Program-made: the position numbers and the translations under genes | Assembly (NCBI RefSeq): GCF_001194135.2 | Contig: NC_068990.1 | Span: 30,559,668 to 30,623,667 of the forward strand | Source of the DNA: Octopus bimaculoides | Taxonomy: Eukaryota | Length of the DNA: 64,000 nucleotides | Direction: 5' to 3' | Shown here: positions 51,851-64,000 of the stretch, piece after piece | Layout: each line of letters opens with the position of its first letter | Numbering within the stretch: position 1 is the stretch's first letter | The notes under the pieces: generated by a model | Told to the model about the DNA's origin: nothing | The model's input: only the letters and a program-made list of their open reading frames with translations | Database searches by the model: none

Positions 51851-52879
51851 CAATCTGAACAATAGGCCAAACACATGACCCAGTCTAACACTACTGCCTG
51901 ATCCTTGGATGCCTTCAACAGACTTCACCCTGTTGTAAGCATCCAAACCAAATCTCCAGATCCTTTCCTGCCCACAGGATTTTTGCTTTGTTTTTCTGTA
52001 GATCTTCAGGCTGGGCATCTGTCATAGCGCTAGCACTTGTCTGGGAGGGCCTGCAAAGGTCATGGGTACTACTACTCCTCCTTCTCCTCTGATTAACTTA
52101 TAAGCTCACCCCTTCCACTCACCTTTTCACTGCTACTTATTTCATCAACCCCAGAAAGATCAAAGTCAACCACAACAGGATTTGAACTCAGATTGCAAAA
52201 TACCCTTATAGACAAGTTCCTGTAACAACCTACATTATCACTACTTAACTCTTATCTCTTTATATTTTACTTATTTAGTTGAATGGATGGACCCCAGGAC
52301 TTATTTTATATTTTTTTTTTAAGTCTGGCACTTAATTCTATTGGTCTCTTTTTGCCGAACCGCTACACCAATTGTCAAATGGTGGTAGGGGACAAACACA
52401 GAACAAAGACACACACACACACACATATAAACGATAAGGTTCTTACAGTTTCTATCTACCAAATCCACTCACAAGGCTTTGGTAAGCCTGAGGCCATAGA
52501 AGACACTTGCCCAAGGTGACATGCAGTGGGACAGAACCTGCAACTATGTGGTTAGGAAGCAAGCTTCTTACTACTGTGTGTTTCTATTAATTTCCCAAAT
52601 ATTTTAGTTCATTTAGAGGGATTTAATAAAAGAAATAACCTATTCCATTATTCACCTGATGTTAGGAACACAGCTTAAAATAATGTTCGGCAAATAAGAT
52701 GGAAGGTCATTTAGAACCGGCTGTTTTGTATGGAAAAGTGTGAAGCAGTCTCAGGTGGGTTCATATCAAAAGGATCAAACTTTGGAGATTTGAGGAGGAT
52801 CAGTTCTCATAAACACGATTAACATAGAAAACATTTGAAACACACATGTTTACAGAAAAGCATAGGCATACATAGTGGT

Positions 52880-52934
<55 letters not shown>

Positions 52935-53879
52935 CATACATAAACATATGGACTTTCACACACAAATATATTTATATACAAAAATTGTATTTCTTTCTCT
53001 CTTTGCACAGATATAAACACATTTCCAATGCACGTGATATGTTATGCTTTAAAGCAATTTGCAATATATATATACATGTGTGTGTGGTATCTACATAGTT
53101 AACCATAGTTACAAGCTGAAATGAAAGAAAAAGAAATGTAAAAAAAAAAGAGAAAAAATGAAATTTAAAAAAACAATGACAATTAAAATAAAATGCAAAT
53201 CCATCACCACTATCTCTGAATCTATCACTCGTCTCACATTTGCTGGGAGGGAGCACACCAAGGGAAAAGAAAGGCTGAGTAGGAGAAGAGGTAAAAAAAA
53301 AAAACTAAAGGGGAAAAAAAAACTGTTATTGAAACCAATTGGACCTCTCTCTTGTTGAAGGTAAGAAAGGCTGAAGCTAAGGTAGCAGCCATACAAAGAT
53401 GAAGAGGAATGGAATAAGGGGAGGGGGGGCTAAGGACACAGAGTCACCAGGAAAGGTTAAAAGGGTTGAAGACATGTTACTGTATGATTGTGTGAACATG
53501 AGATGAACATCAATCTTCCCTTTTGACTGAACACAAGAATCCAGAGAAGAGCTAAAAAAAAATGGATCATTCAGTCAACAGCCTGACTGGGGACACACAG
53601 GGCTAAAGACATCCTTTTGTTTTGAGATGACTGACAGGTGCGGTGATGCTAAAGACTTGCAGCTCTTTCTAATGGGCTTCATTAGCTATAAGGATAAGAA
53701 AAGGCTAGAAAAAGGCCTTCTAGAGATATCTAGAGCTATTTAACAAACTGACTCACTCGATCAATTTCACAAAAATTAAAGATGAAGAAAAAAAAATATC
53801 AAGTAAAATATGAGTTAATTAATGTATCAGTTAGTGATCATTTGAATAATTAAAATGATTGATACTAATTGGTAACATA

Positions 53880-54224
53880 GGCACAAAGCCACATATTCAG
53901 GAGTCAAATTGACCAACCTCAGTACTTGACAGAGGAACAAAGGGCAAAATTAACCTGAGGAGGATTTGGACCCAGGAAGTAAAGAGCCACAATAAAAACT
54001 GCAAGATATTTTGTCCAACACCTTGAAAATTTTGCCAATCCACCATCCTTAATTTTTTTACATAGGCACAGAGGGGGAGAGGGTATGATATTTTATTGAA
54101 CACAGAAGGATGAAAGGTGAAGCTGACCAAAGTAGCATTTGAATTCACAATGTAAAGAGCTGCAAGCAAGTAAATAGCACAAAGCATTTTGTCAGACACC
54201 AACAATTCAGATGCTCCACTGCCC

Positions 54225-54267
<43 letters not shown>

Positions 54268-55182
54268 GTAGTAGTAGGAGGAGGAGGGGGGAGGGGGAGG
54301 AACAGCAGCAGCAGCAATAGTGATAGCATTAAAAGAGGATGCGATGTTAGTGCGAAGGAAGGCAAAAGCGCTGATGAGCAGCCGTAAAGTAAAAGATAGG
54401 AAATATATTAGGAAATAAATACTGATAATAATAATGATCATGGCAATGCTTATCATGATGATAATGATGATGATAATAATAATAATAATAATAATAATAA
54501 TCAACATCAAGATATTTTATACTGTGCAACGTCTTAAATAACAATCATAATAATCTCTGCACTATTGGTACTAGGCCTGAAATTTTGAGGAGGGAGTCTA
54601 GTCGATTACATCAACCTCAGTACGCAACTGGTACTTATTTTATCGATCTTGAAAGGACTGCAGTAAAATTTGAACTTCAAACATAAAGACAGATGAAATG
54701 CTGCTAAGCATTTTGCCCTGCATGCCAACGATTCTGCCCACTTTCTGCCTTTCCTGAAAACAATAATGATGACGATGATGATGATGACTTCTAACACAGA
54801 CACAAGGTCACTAATTTGGGGGGGAGGGAACACTAAATTATATCAAAGCTAGTAATTGGATGGTGCTTATTTCACTGACCTAAAAGAATGGAAAACAAAG
54901 TCAACTCGAGCAGGGACTGAACTTGAAAACATAAAGGAATACAACCCAATATCTCACTGGATCGAGTCTGCAACCCATTCCCAAAGCCAGCAAGTTCGGA
55001 GGGAGAGGGCAAATCAATTACATTGATCCCCAGTGTTTCACTGGTACTTATTTTATTGACCCCCAAAAGGATGAAAGGCAAAGTCGACCATGGCAGCATT
55101 TGAACTCAGAACATGAAGACACACAAAATACTGTTAAGCATTTCGCCCAGCGTGCTAACGATTCTGCCAGTTTGCCACCTTA

Positions 55183-55226
<44 letters not shown>

Positions 55227-57015
55227 TGATAATCCTTTCTACTATAGGCACAAGGCCTGAAATTTGGTGGAAGAGAGATGTGTTGATTACATTGACCCTC
55301 AGTGTTTCACTGGTACTTATTTTATCAACCTCAAAAGGATGAAAGGTAAAGTTGAACTCGGTCGAATTTGAACTCAGAATGTTAGGACAGACGAAATGCA
55401 CATCATGTAAACAATTCAGCTAACTCACTGCCTTAATGATGATGATGATTATTTCTCACATAACTGAAAGTTAAAAAGATGAAAAGCAAAGCTAGCAACA
55501 TTGCAATTTGAACTTAAAACATAAAGTGATGCTAAATACAGTGAGGTAAGCACTGACAAGCACACAACCATTCCTGTTGGTATAACTACATACAATGTGG
55601 AATTTTGCCCTTCAAATTTTCATAACAATAAAGGTGTGTTTTTTTTCTTTTTGATTGGCCTCAAGGCCCTGAATTTTAGCAGATGGCAAACTAGGATTTT
55701 TGTAACATTCATGAAGACATTAGGAGCATAAATAAAATGAAACAGCTTATAGCCAGGAATCAAAAGTTGGATTGTCAACTTGACAATATTTGCTATAATA
55801 AAAATAATTTCTTAGTGAGACACAAAACCAGGAATTTTGGGAGGTGGGTGGGGAGAGTAGTTAATTCTATCAAACCCCCAACCATGACCGATGCGTGACT
55901 GCTACATATTTCATTGACATTGGGGAGGATGAAAGCAAAACTAATCGCAGCAGGATTTGATACCTGAACATAAAGAGCCACAACACACAAAAAAGCATTC
56001 TTACCCAGTTCTCTAATAATTCTGCCAATCCTAGAAGATAAGGATCTCTTATATTGAACAGTGTCACAAATATGTGAAGGGGTGAATTACACACCAGTGT
56101 ATGCCTGGTACTTATTTTCTTGACCCTAAAGAAAAGTCAACCCTGGCAGAAACTGAACTCAGAACAAAGACATAACATGCCAAATACCATAAAGATTTAG
56201 CCTGACAAACAACTCTCTCAGCCATTTCCGCTACACTTTCTTAATAATAATAATCCTTTCTACTGAAGGCACAAGGCCTCAGATTGGTGGGGAGGGGACT
56301 AGTCGATTACATTGACCCCAGTGTTTCACTGGTAATTAATTTATTGTCCCCAAAAGGATGAAAAGCAAAGTCAACCTTGGCGGAATTTGAACTCAGAATG
56401 TTATGGCAGATGAAATACTGCTAAGCATTTCGCCCAGCGTGCTAACGACTCTGCCAGCTCACCGCCTTAAAAATAATAATAATAATAATAATAATGAAGT
56501 GATATGAGAGGTATAAAGAAAATAGCAAAGTATCAGACCCTAGCCAGAGACTATGGAAAGTGGGGGTAAAATGTATCCCAGTAGTTATAGGTGCATTAGT
56601 AAATATTCCTAACGATTTCAACAGACGGATAGAGAAATAGGCATCACACCTACTTTAGTGCAACTCCAGAAAACAGTGTTATTAGGGACAACTAGGAAGG
56701 TTCTTGGCATCCAAGGTTACTTGTAGTCCAGTGTTAGGTATTTTTTCCAACAGTTTAATCTGTCGTGTGTAAATGAAATAATAATAATAATAAATTTCTA
56801 ACTTAAGCAGAAGATCACAAATTCCAATTTGGAGTGGTGCATGGGAGTTGATTAAATTGACTCTAGTACTTGACTAAGACTTAATTTATCAAACCCTGAG
56901 AGATGAACTGCAAAGTCAACCCCTTACAAGATTTGAATTCAAAAGAAGGGACTTAACTAGATAACTGCCAGGAGTATTGTTTGTTGTCCTACTGTTTCTG
57001 CCAATCAATACCCTC

Positions 57016-57075
<60 letters not shown>

Positions 57076-57820
57076 TGTTTCTGATTTAGGCACAAGCCAG
57101 CAGTTTTGAAGGGAGGGAGACTAGTCAGTTATATCAAACCCAATCGATATAATCAGCTGGTACTTTATTTCATCGACCTTGGAGGAAAGAAAGGCAAAGT
57201 TGACTCCAGTGGGATTTGAACTCAGAGCATAGAGAATCGGAAAAAAATACATTTTATCCAACACTCTAACAATTCTACCAGCTTGCCACCTTTGCCTAAA
57301 ATAATAATAATAATAATAATAATAATGATTGTTATTATTATTAGTAGTAGTATTATAATCAGATTCCATATTTCTATCTGGATTCGGTACAGCATCTCTT
57401 TGTAAAGACATCAACAAGTTGTTGTTGTTGTTGTTGTTAAGTGGAGACACAGTAGTCCCATCATAATAGCAATGTTTAAATGTTGCCAAACCATTCTTAT
57501 AGGACATCCGAATGAACAAGGTTGGTTTTCTTGACAACGTGCATCTCAATATTCATGATAGAAACAAGGAAAATACTGATGTTAACTGTTCAAATCAGAA
57601 ACAAAACAAATAATATTGATAATAATAATTTCTAATAAAGGCACAAGGCCAGCAACTTCATAAGTACCAGTATTTAACTGGTACTTATTTTATCAACCCC
57701 GAAAGAATGAAAAGCAAAGTCAACCTTGGTGGAATTTGAACTCCAAACATCATCAAGATGGATGAAATCCCACTAAGCATTTTGCCCAGCATTTCAACAA
57801 TTCTGCCAGCCTGCCGCCTT

Positions 57821-57886
<66 letters not shown>

Positions 57887-58095
57887 CCTTTCTACTATAG
57901 ACACAAGACTTGAAATTTTGTGGGAAGGGGGCTAGTCGATTACATCAACCCCAGTGCATAACTGGTACTTATTGATCCTGAGAGGATGAAAGGCAAAGTC
58001 AACCTTGGCGGAATTTGAACCCAGAACGTAAAAATAGACAAAATTCCGTGAAACATTTTGCCCAGCATGCTAACGATTCTGCCAGTTTGCCGCCT
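53880..58095 (-). mobile_element. Head-to-tail array of about 12 SINE family B copies separated by (TAA)n
   Basis: Repeated aggcacaagg...gaaaggcaaagtcaacc...gaatttgaactcagaa...ctgccag..cgcctt unit, all in one orientation. Confidence 0.8.
56496..56777 (+). mobile_element. RLE-type non-LTR 3' fragment, third family, in (TAA)n
   Basis: Frameshifted IAKYQTLA / RLWKVGVKCIPVVIGAL / LQKTVLLGTTRKVLG; TAA repeats on both sides. Confidence 0.8.
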
Positions 58096-58855
58096 CAATA
58101 ATAATAATAATAATAATAACAATAATAATAATAATAATAATAAAAATAATAATAACAATAATAGGTCATGCTTATCCACCCTTTCGCATGTACCATAATT
58201 GGTGTTGAAGAAAAGACATCAAGTCGTTAAAAAAAAAAAAAGATTGTTACTTTGGTACATGATATCTCTGGAAAGTTGCTATGGTGACAGTCATTGGAAA
58301 AAAAGAAACATGTTCAGTAAAATGGTAATGATGTTAATGATAATTGATAATGACTGATGGTGATGATGATGACAATGCTGATGAAAATGATAACAATGAT
58401 GATGTGTTGTGTGGTGTGAGGGACAATTCCAAATGATTCATTGTTCAGCTGTAAAATTTGTACAAACTAAGGCAAGGGAAAAAATATGTCGTGGTTTATA
58501 TTTGAAAATTATCTACGATAGATTATTGGTTGTTGAGATTGTTCTTGTTGTAACCTTGCAGCCAAATCTTGTAAGAAAATGGTGAGGGCGGATTTCTGAG
58601 TGTGATTTGACAGAAAGGTTAGAATTTCTTTGTTTTTTTTTTTTCTTTTGAAATGTTGTAAAGACTAAAAACATCCACAATGGGTCAATCTGTGGCAAGG
58701 AGTTTATCAACCCAAAATGGTACAAAGACCCATTTAAATGGTTTAATCAATTTTTTTTTCTTTTTCTTTTTCTTCAATACAACCATCTGGCTTTAACTTG
58801 GTTTAAAATTCTTTGGTTTGTTTGGGCAAGACAGTTTTCCACCCCTTGCTGCTTG

Positions 58856-58886
<31 letters not shown>

Positions 58887-59466
58887 CACATTGTTGCTCT
58901 TTCTGCTGATAAAATTGTTGCTGCTGTTCCTGTTTTTGTTGTTACATATTGTTGAAGAAGTAGATGTTGAAGATGGCTTTCGTTCGCTACTTGGTTGCTG
59001 TTTGCTATTATGGTGAGCAACTCTGAAAAATTGAGCTGGTTAAAAAAAAGAGTTTGTTAGCCTCACATCGGGCCTGATCAGCAGACCTATTAATTATGTT
59101 AAAGCCAAAGGCATTCCAGCCATGACCATCTCACAGTTTTTGCTTCAGACACAGAATATCTAGGAGTGGGTAGAATAGGAGTTTACATATTTCTTCCAAC
59201 CATTTTTTGGCAAATGCCATTATTGTTTTTTTCCATTTCCTTCTTGTTTGTAGTTGTCTTTTTTGTTGTTGTTGTTGTTGTAGAGCCAGCAAGCATCCAG
59301 CAGAGCAGGAACCAACTGCACACCAATTCGGTGAGGAAGGGGGAGCAGCAAATCGGTGTATGATGTGATGCTAGCTTTATAGAGACAAAGCTGCTTACTC
59401 TCCATTGATGATACATGGTAAAAGAAAAACAGAAATATTACCCCTAAAAAAACATCCAAATAGCCC

Positions 59467-59592
59467 TTAAATCTTGAAGTCCTCCCTTAGAGCCATATTT
59501 GTCAATGTCTTCTTGATGCGTAGAGCTGTAAGGCGAGCAGCAGCACTGTGGTACCAGCATTCTTTCATCAGTCGAGCCATGTGACTGGCAGT
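59467..59592 (-). CDS. TGFBR1: Type I receptor terminal coding exon: [41 protein letters not shown]
   Basis: ttcacag acceptor; [17 protein letters not shown] motif and an EDxKI-type end like ALK4; TAA stop at 59467-59469. Confidence 0.96.
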   Translation of the reverse strand, partial: TASHMARLMKECWYHSAAARLTALRIKKTLTNMALREDFKI

Positions 59593-60205
59593 CTGTGAAT
59601 AAAAATAGAGGAAAATAGAATTAAAATAACAAAGAAAGACTTAGTTAATTGACCATTTGGCATTCAGATTGTTCCGTTAAATGTAATGCTTATTTATTCA
59701 GATTGCTTCAAATTAATCATGCATTACCTCATAGCTTTAAGATTTCAGTATGATTATTCATATTTAGAATGAAATTATAGGGTGGGTGTGAAAGTCCAGA
59801 TCTGGCTTGTTTGAACATAAAACAAGTAGGATATTCAAGCCAGATATGACTAGTTTAAATCCTAAAGGGTTAAATAGTAACTAATTTAGCATAAAGATAT
59901 GCTGGTGGTACTAATTATCTCTGAGGAACAGCCAATATATAGCAAAAAGTTTCTTCTGAGAGATTAATGATGAATATTAGTTTTCTTTCTATAAAGTCTC
60001 TTGGTTCACAGAGAAATCACTGAAGTCGTTCTGTCGGTTATTGCATCTAAGTCCACCTGGCAGATCCCATGCTTCTCCAGACTATAACCTTCTAAACATA
60101 GTTACAACATTACTTATTATGGTAATTTGTTAATATGGCCAGTTCTACTGAAGAAGATTCAGTATGGACATACAATCATCAAGTGGTAACATAAACAGTC
60201 CTCAC

Positions 60206-60345
60206 CTCGTTTGTGTGCCATCTATTAGGTATGGTTGGGCGGAGTCGTTCAACACAAACCACTTTCCTCATGTCCTCAAGGGTTGGGTCCGATGGCACCA
60301 TGTCATAGAATGGCAGCTCATATTCTTCATATGATGAATAATAAT
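60206..60345 (-). CDS. TGFBR1: Type I receptor kinase exon: (N)[46 protein letters not shown]
   Basis: tttttcag acceptor, GAG|gtgagg donor, 140 nt; LP.YD.VPSDP...MRKVVC...RP.IPNRW motif. Confidence 0.96.
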
Positions 60346-61788
60346 CTGAAAAACACAAATTTAAACAACAGTTTATCTTTTCTTTTTATCCATTCCTTGT
60401 TTCAATCATTAGACTGCAGCCATGCTAGCGTACCACCTTGAAGAATTTTAATCAAATAAATTGACCCCCGGTATTTATTTTTATGCCTGGTATTTATTTT
60501 ATCACACTCTATTGCCAAACAGCTAAGTTATGTGGACGTAAACACATCAACATCAGTTGTCAAGCAGTGGTGGGGGACAAACTCAGACACACACAAACAC
60601 ATATACAACAGGCTTCTTTCAGTTTCCATCTACCAAATCCACTGACAGAGCTTTAGTCAGACCGAGGCTACAGCAGAAGACACATGTCCAAGGTTCTACA
60701 CAGTGGGACTGAACCTAGAACCATGTGTTTGAGAAACAAGCTTCTTGCCACACAGCCACACCTGCACTTGTTCTCCATAAAATCAAATAAGAAGAACAAA
60801 ATGGCTTTTGGGGAGAGGGGGAGAGTTTTGTATGGAAAAAGTAGTGATGGTGGTTGGATTTTCAATGTGAAAGTCAGTGTTGTTGTTGTTGTTGATTAGG
60901 CTTGGATCAGTCCTGATTGGACAGATCTATGATCAAAAATGTTTTACCTTGTGACCAACATGTCATTTTGTGTATGTTCACAACTGTAATGACCAATATG
61001 TCTTGAATGGTTTAAACTTTAGAAACTGAAGGGCAGCAAACATGAGCTTTCTCAGGGCCTTCAGGGTTGGAGAGAAAAAAAAGTAAGTGGGAGCATATCC
61101 TCAGGGCAGAGAACAGCTTCCAATGCTTGCAACAGGGTGACCTCTGCAAAGAGTATCCATGGGTCAGGTTAATAACATGAGTAGGCCTTGGATTAAGGGC
61201 AGGGGAGGGTGAATGTGTATGGCATTAAGTTTTGTAAACAACGACTTGTTCTAAACACTCTCATGATTTGACAAAGATTTAGCTATTATTTCTAGCAAGC
61301 TGAGTGGCTACATAGAGGACCGTTTGTGCTTTGTAGCTTTGGTTGAAATATCAATGGTGGTGGTGGTGGTGGTGGTGGAGGAGAATGTTGTATTCTGCAA
61401 CACAGAGAAGGTTTGTATGAAGTTGTAGGTGAGAGTGTGTAGAGAGATTTATGATAATGCATCTAATAATGTGAGAGAAAGAGGAGGAGTGAAAGTGAAT
61501 AGGGGGGGGAAAAGAGAGTGAGAGAGAGGGTGTTGCATTAATGGACAAACAGAAAAAGAGGGGAACTGAGAAGAAAGAGAAGAGGAGGTAAAGAAAGAAA
61601 CAGAGAGTGGTGCAGAGAAAAAGAGAGAATGAGTAGGGGTGAGAGTGAGAGAAAGATAGAGAAAAGTTGAGAGAAGTGGAAAAAGATAAAGCAAGACTTG
61701 GTAGAGAGAGAGAGTGAGAAGGTGGGGGGGGTAAAAAAGAAGAGGTGGTCAGGAAGAGATTAATGTGAAGAATTTTCACAATACTTAC

Positions 61789-61986
61789 TAAACCCATTGC
61801 ACCGTCTTGCAGTTTCCCACAAAACCAAACCATAGGAATAAACATCAGCTCGTTTAAATGAATCAAATTGATTAACATTTATCGTTTCATCCAGCGCTTC
61901 TGGTGCCATATAACGCTTAGTTCCAACCCGTGTGTTGTGGGGTATATCAATCTTGTCGGTCTCTGAATCATGTCGCACAGCCAAAC
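61789..61986 (-). CDS. TGFBR1: Type I receptor kinase exon: [65 protein letters not shown]
   Basis: ctgatag acceptor, A|gtaagt donor, 198 nt. GTKRYMAPE is diagnostic of type I receptors; RHDS.TD.IDI and FDSFKRAD are closest, from memory, to ALK5/ALK4/Babo. Confidence 0.96.
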
Positions 61987-62399
61987 CTATCAGCAAGAAA
62001 GAAAATTTAAGGTACTTGTCATTGTGCATATGTGTGGTGGTGGTGGTGGTGGTGGTGGGCTCTTTACTGGAGTTGGCACCTCAAATCCAGTTACTTAAAT
62101 TTCATAATCTCAATCGTGAGACTGGAAATGAAATGAAAGAAAATTCTACCTTAGTGGCACACTACCTTCATTTCTCCCTTAACTATTTCCCCCTCCTTCC
62201 TTCCTGTCTTATGACTTGATCTCACAATCCCACACACATCTTCCACTCACTTCGGGCTGTCTTTTAAGTAAACAATGCACAAAGTAAAATGGATGTAAAA
62301 TGATGTATATCTACCAATATAACTATAATTATCACTGGAAAATACCCAAACGGATTCTATACATGGATATTTACTTTTGGAATGGAACTATACTCCAAG

Positions 62400-62585
62400 T
62401 ACTTTTTCTTCTTTGTTTTTTCTTCTCCGCATCGCTCTCATTTCTTACTGCAAAATCTCCTCATACAGATTTAATAATCCTTAACTTCTACTATCACCGT
62501 CTCCGATGAAGGGATACATTGAATTTTCCCTGAAACAGTTGTAAGACATTCTACATAAAATATAAATTTATTTATGCCACTGGTC
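62400..62585 (+). mobile_element. Penelope-like element terminal-repeat fragment
   Basis: Hammerhead motif followed by an A/T-rich tail and (TA)n; family inferred. Confidence 0.4.
62499..62547 (+). ncRNA. Minimal type-I hammerhead ribozyme motif (Penelope-like terminus)
   Basis: gtct-CCGATGA-aggga(12 nt)tccct-GAAA-cagttg-TA-agac: stem I gtct/agac, stem II aggga/tccct, near-palindromic stem III ACAGTTGT, GUA cleavage triplet. Confidence 0.75.
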
Positions 62586-62598
62586 TCTTTATCTTATT

Positions 62599-62643
<45 letters not shown>

Positions 62644-63607
62644 TTTATTTTACAATTGTTTTTTTTGTTTCATGCCAGCATGGGTTGGATGAATACAAAT
62701 CATTAAGGCATTTATTTTACAGCCAGGTGCTCTTCCAATCATTAACCCCTCCCAGTTTTCCAAGGCAGTATCCTTTGTAGTGGTGATTCAAAAACCAAAC
62801 TGCTCAGTAATTGCTCAGATGCCACAACCAAACCACAATAGTTTCACATGATTGGTTTATTAAGCAGCCAATCAGCATGAAGCTATTGTATGATTCAATC
62901 TAATTGAATCTCCTTCTTGTACTCTATAAAAGCTACTTTTGGCAATAATTAATCAAAGAGTGTTGAAAGGTGACTAAGCAATATGCATCTCCTCTCTTGC
63001 CAACAGATGCATTATTTTACAGCGAGATGCTCTTCCTATCACTAACCCCTCCCTGTTTTCCAAGGCAAGCAACCAAGAAGATGGGCTAAGACAACCCAAG
63101 AAGATGGCTAAGCCAGGTGGTGCAGACAAATGACCAGAAACCTCCATCACCATGAATATAGCACAATTGTTTCCAGTTATGTTGAACAAGCTGCATGTTG
63201 CCACACCAATAGCATGTTGTAAGCTCGGATAAATATCTCTCTCCCAGTCTGTAATTATTGTTGTTAACTGTAAAAGACCAATGCAATTTGTCTTATGTAC
63301 AGCAATAAATTCTTCTGTTAAATGTCTGCAGATGTGGTTCAGTTACTTTTCATGCAGCCAAGAAGTATGCTTTCATTCATTAACTTAACCAGCTATTATA
63401 GCAGCATTGACGAAACATCAGATGACGTCTGATGACACAGGCTCCCAACAACCCCCAACAGGAATGAGGTGATGAAAGGGTTTATAATGACAAAGTTAAT
63501 TTACTAAATTTTACATTATTTTCAAAACTGAGACAAAGGTAGTTTATGTCAACAGAAACATGGTAACAGAATGGTTAAAATTAATTTGTCAAGATAGCAA
63601 TACTTAC

Positions 63608-63691
63608 CTAAATCAGCAATACAACAGGTTATATTTCTTTTTACTAAAATATTCTTACTTTTTAAATCTCGATGGGCAATGGCAGGTTTAC
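63608..63691 (-). CDS. TGFBR1: TGF-beta/activin type I receptor kinase exon: (G)[27 protein letters not shown](G)
   Basis: ttttccag acceptor, G|gtaagt donor on -, 84 nt, phase 1-1; HRDLKSKN catalytic loop and DLG of receptor Ser/Thr kinases. The symbol denotes the ALK4/5/7 class. Confidence 0.96.
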
Positions 63692-64000
63692 CTGGAAAAT
63701 AAAACAATCCTTAATGATATCAAATGATTCAGGGAAACAATGTGCAATATAGATGAAAAAAAAAGCATCGGAGGGGCAATGCATACCCTGCGAGCAGATA
63801 AATTTTTTCACAAGTTATAGTATGGCTTACAATCTGTTGCTTACCCATGCTTTTTAAGTGAACTGAATTTCTTTTTTCCTTTAAGCATCACCATTTTAGG
63901 TATTTATACTCCGGTGAAATTAAGAAATTAACTTATAAATAAACAAAACCCTTGAATCCATCACTGTACACACACAGACACAAACAGTTGCATATCTACG

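Noticed and set aside
57121-57549. 142-aa minus-strand ORF with poly-N and poly-Y
   Set aside because: Composed of microsatellites and a SINE copy; no recognisable domain or phase-compatible splice partners.
53880-58095. Repeat-spacer-like array resembling CRISPR
   Set aside because: Eukaryotic context; the units are ~200-bp diverged SINEs and the spacers are microsatellites; no cas genes.
58793-59459. Short ORFs downstream of the receptor stop codon
   Set aside because: They lie in the presumed 3' UTR and are low complexity. A possible ATTAAA on - at 58742-58747 was noted, but there is too little support to call it.
61351-61788. 175-aa minus-strand ORF at 61351-61878 overlapping the kinase exon
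   Set aside because: Out of frame with the kinase and mostly a translation of a (CT)-rich intronic tract.
63408-63440. GAAA...CTGATGA with the palindrome catcagatgacgtctgatg, resembling a hammerhead
   Set aside because: The U16.1/H17 triplet and stem II cannot be formed on either strand.

Overview
AT-rich, microsatellite-saturated eukaryotic genomic DNA with five N-gaps. The SINE, LINE and MITE families resemble those of Octopus (coleoid cephalopod); this assignment is from memory, not a database search. Two intron-rich genes lie tail to tail. (1) On +, from 3850 to about 35740, 16-18 exons splice in frame into a secreted-type M12B (reprolysin/ADAMTS-like) zinc metalloprotease of about 650 aa: prodomain, catalytic domain, ADAMTS-type disintegrin-like/Cys-rich domain, then three PLAC-like six-cysteine modules. 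It has no thrombospondin repeat, which is the architecture of C. elegans MIG-17. Its zinc motif is atypical (HELAHNLGVVDHD). The signal-peptide exon was not found and is probably upstream of the window. (2) On -, from 63691 to 59467, are the last four exons of an ALK4/5/7-class (TGFBR1/baboon-like) type I TGF-beta/activin receptor kinase. Non-genic highlights: two minimal type-I hammerhead ribozyme motifs with a CCGANGA core in Penelope-like termini, each antisense to its host gene; three or four distinct restriction-like-endonuclease non-LTR retrotransposon 3' ends, all inserted in (TAA)n; strand-polarised head-to-tail SINE arrays; and two long intronic fold-backs. Most ORFs in the supplied track are microsatellite or repeat artefacts. 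Repeat boundaries are approximate; exon boundaries were counted base by base.
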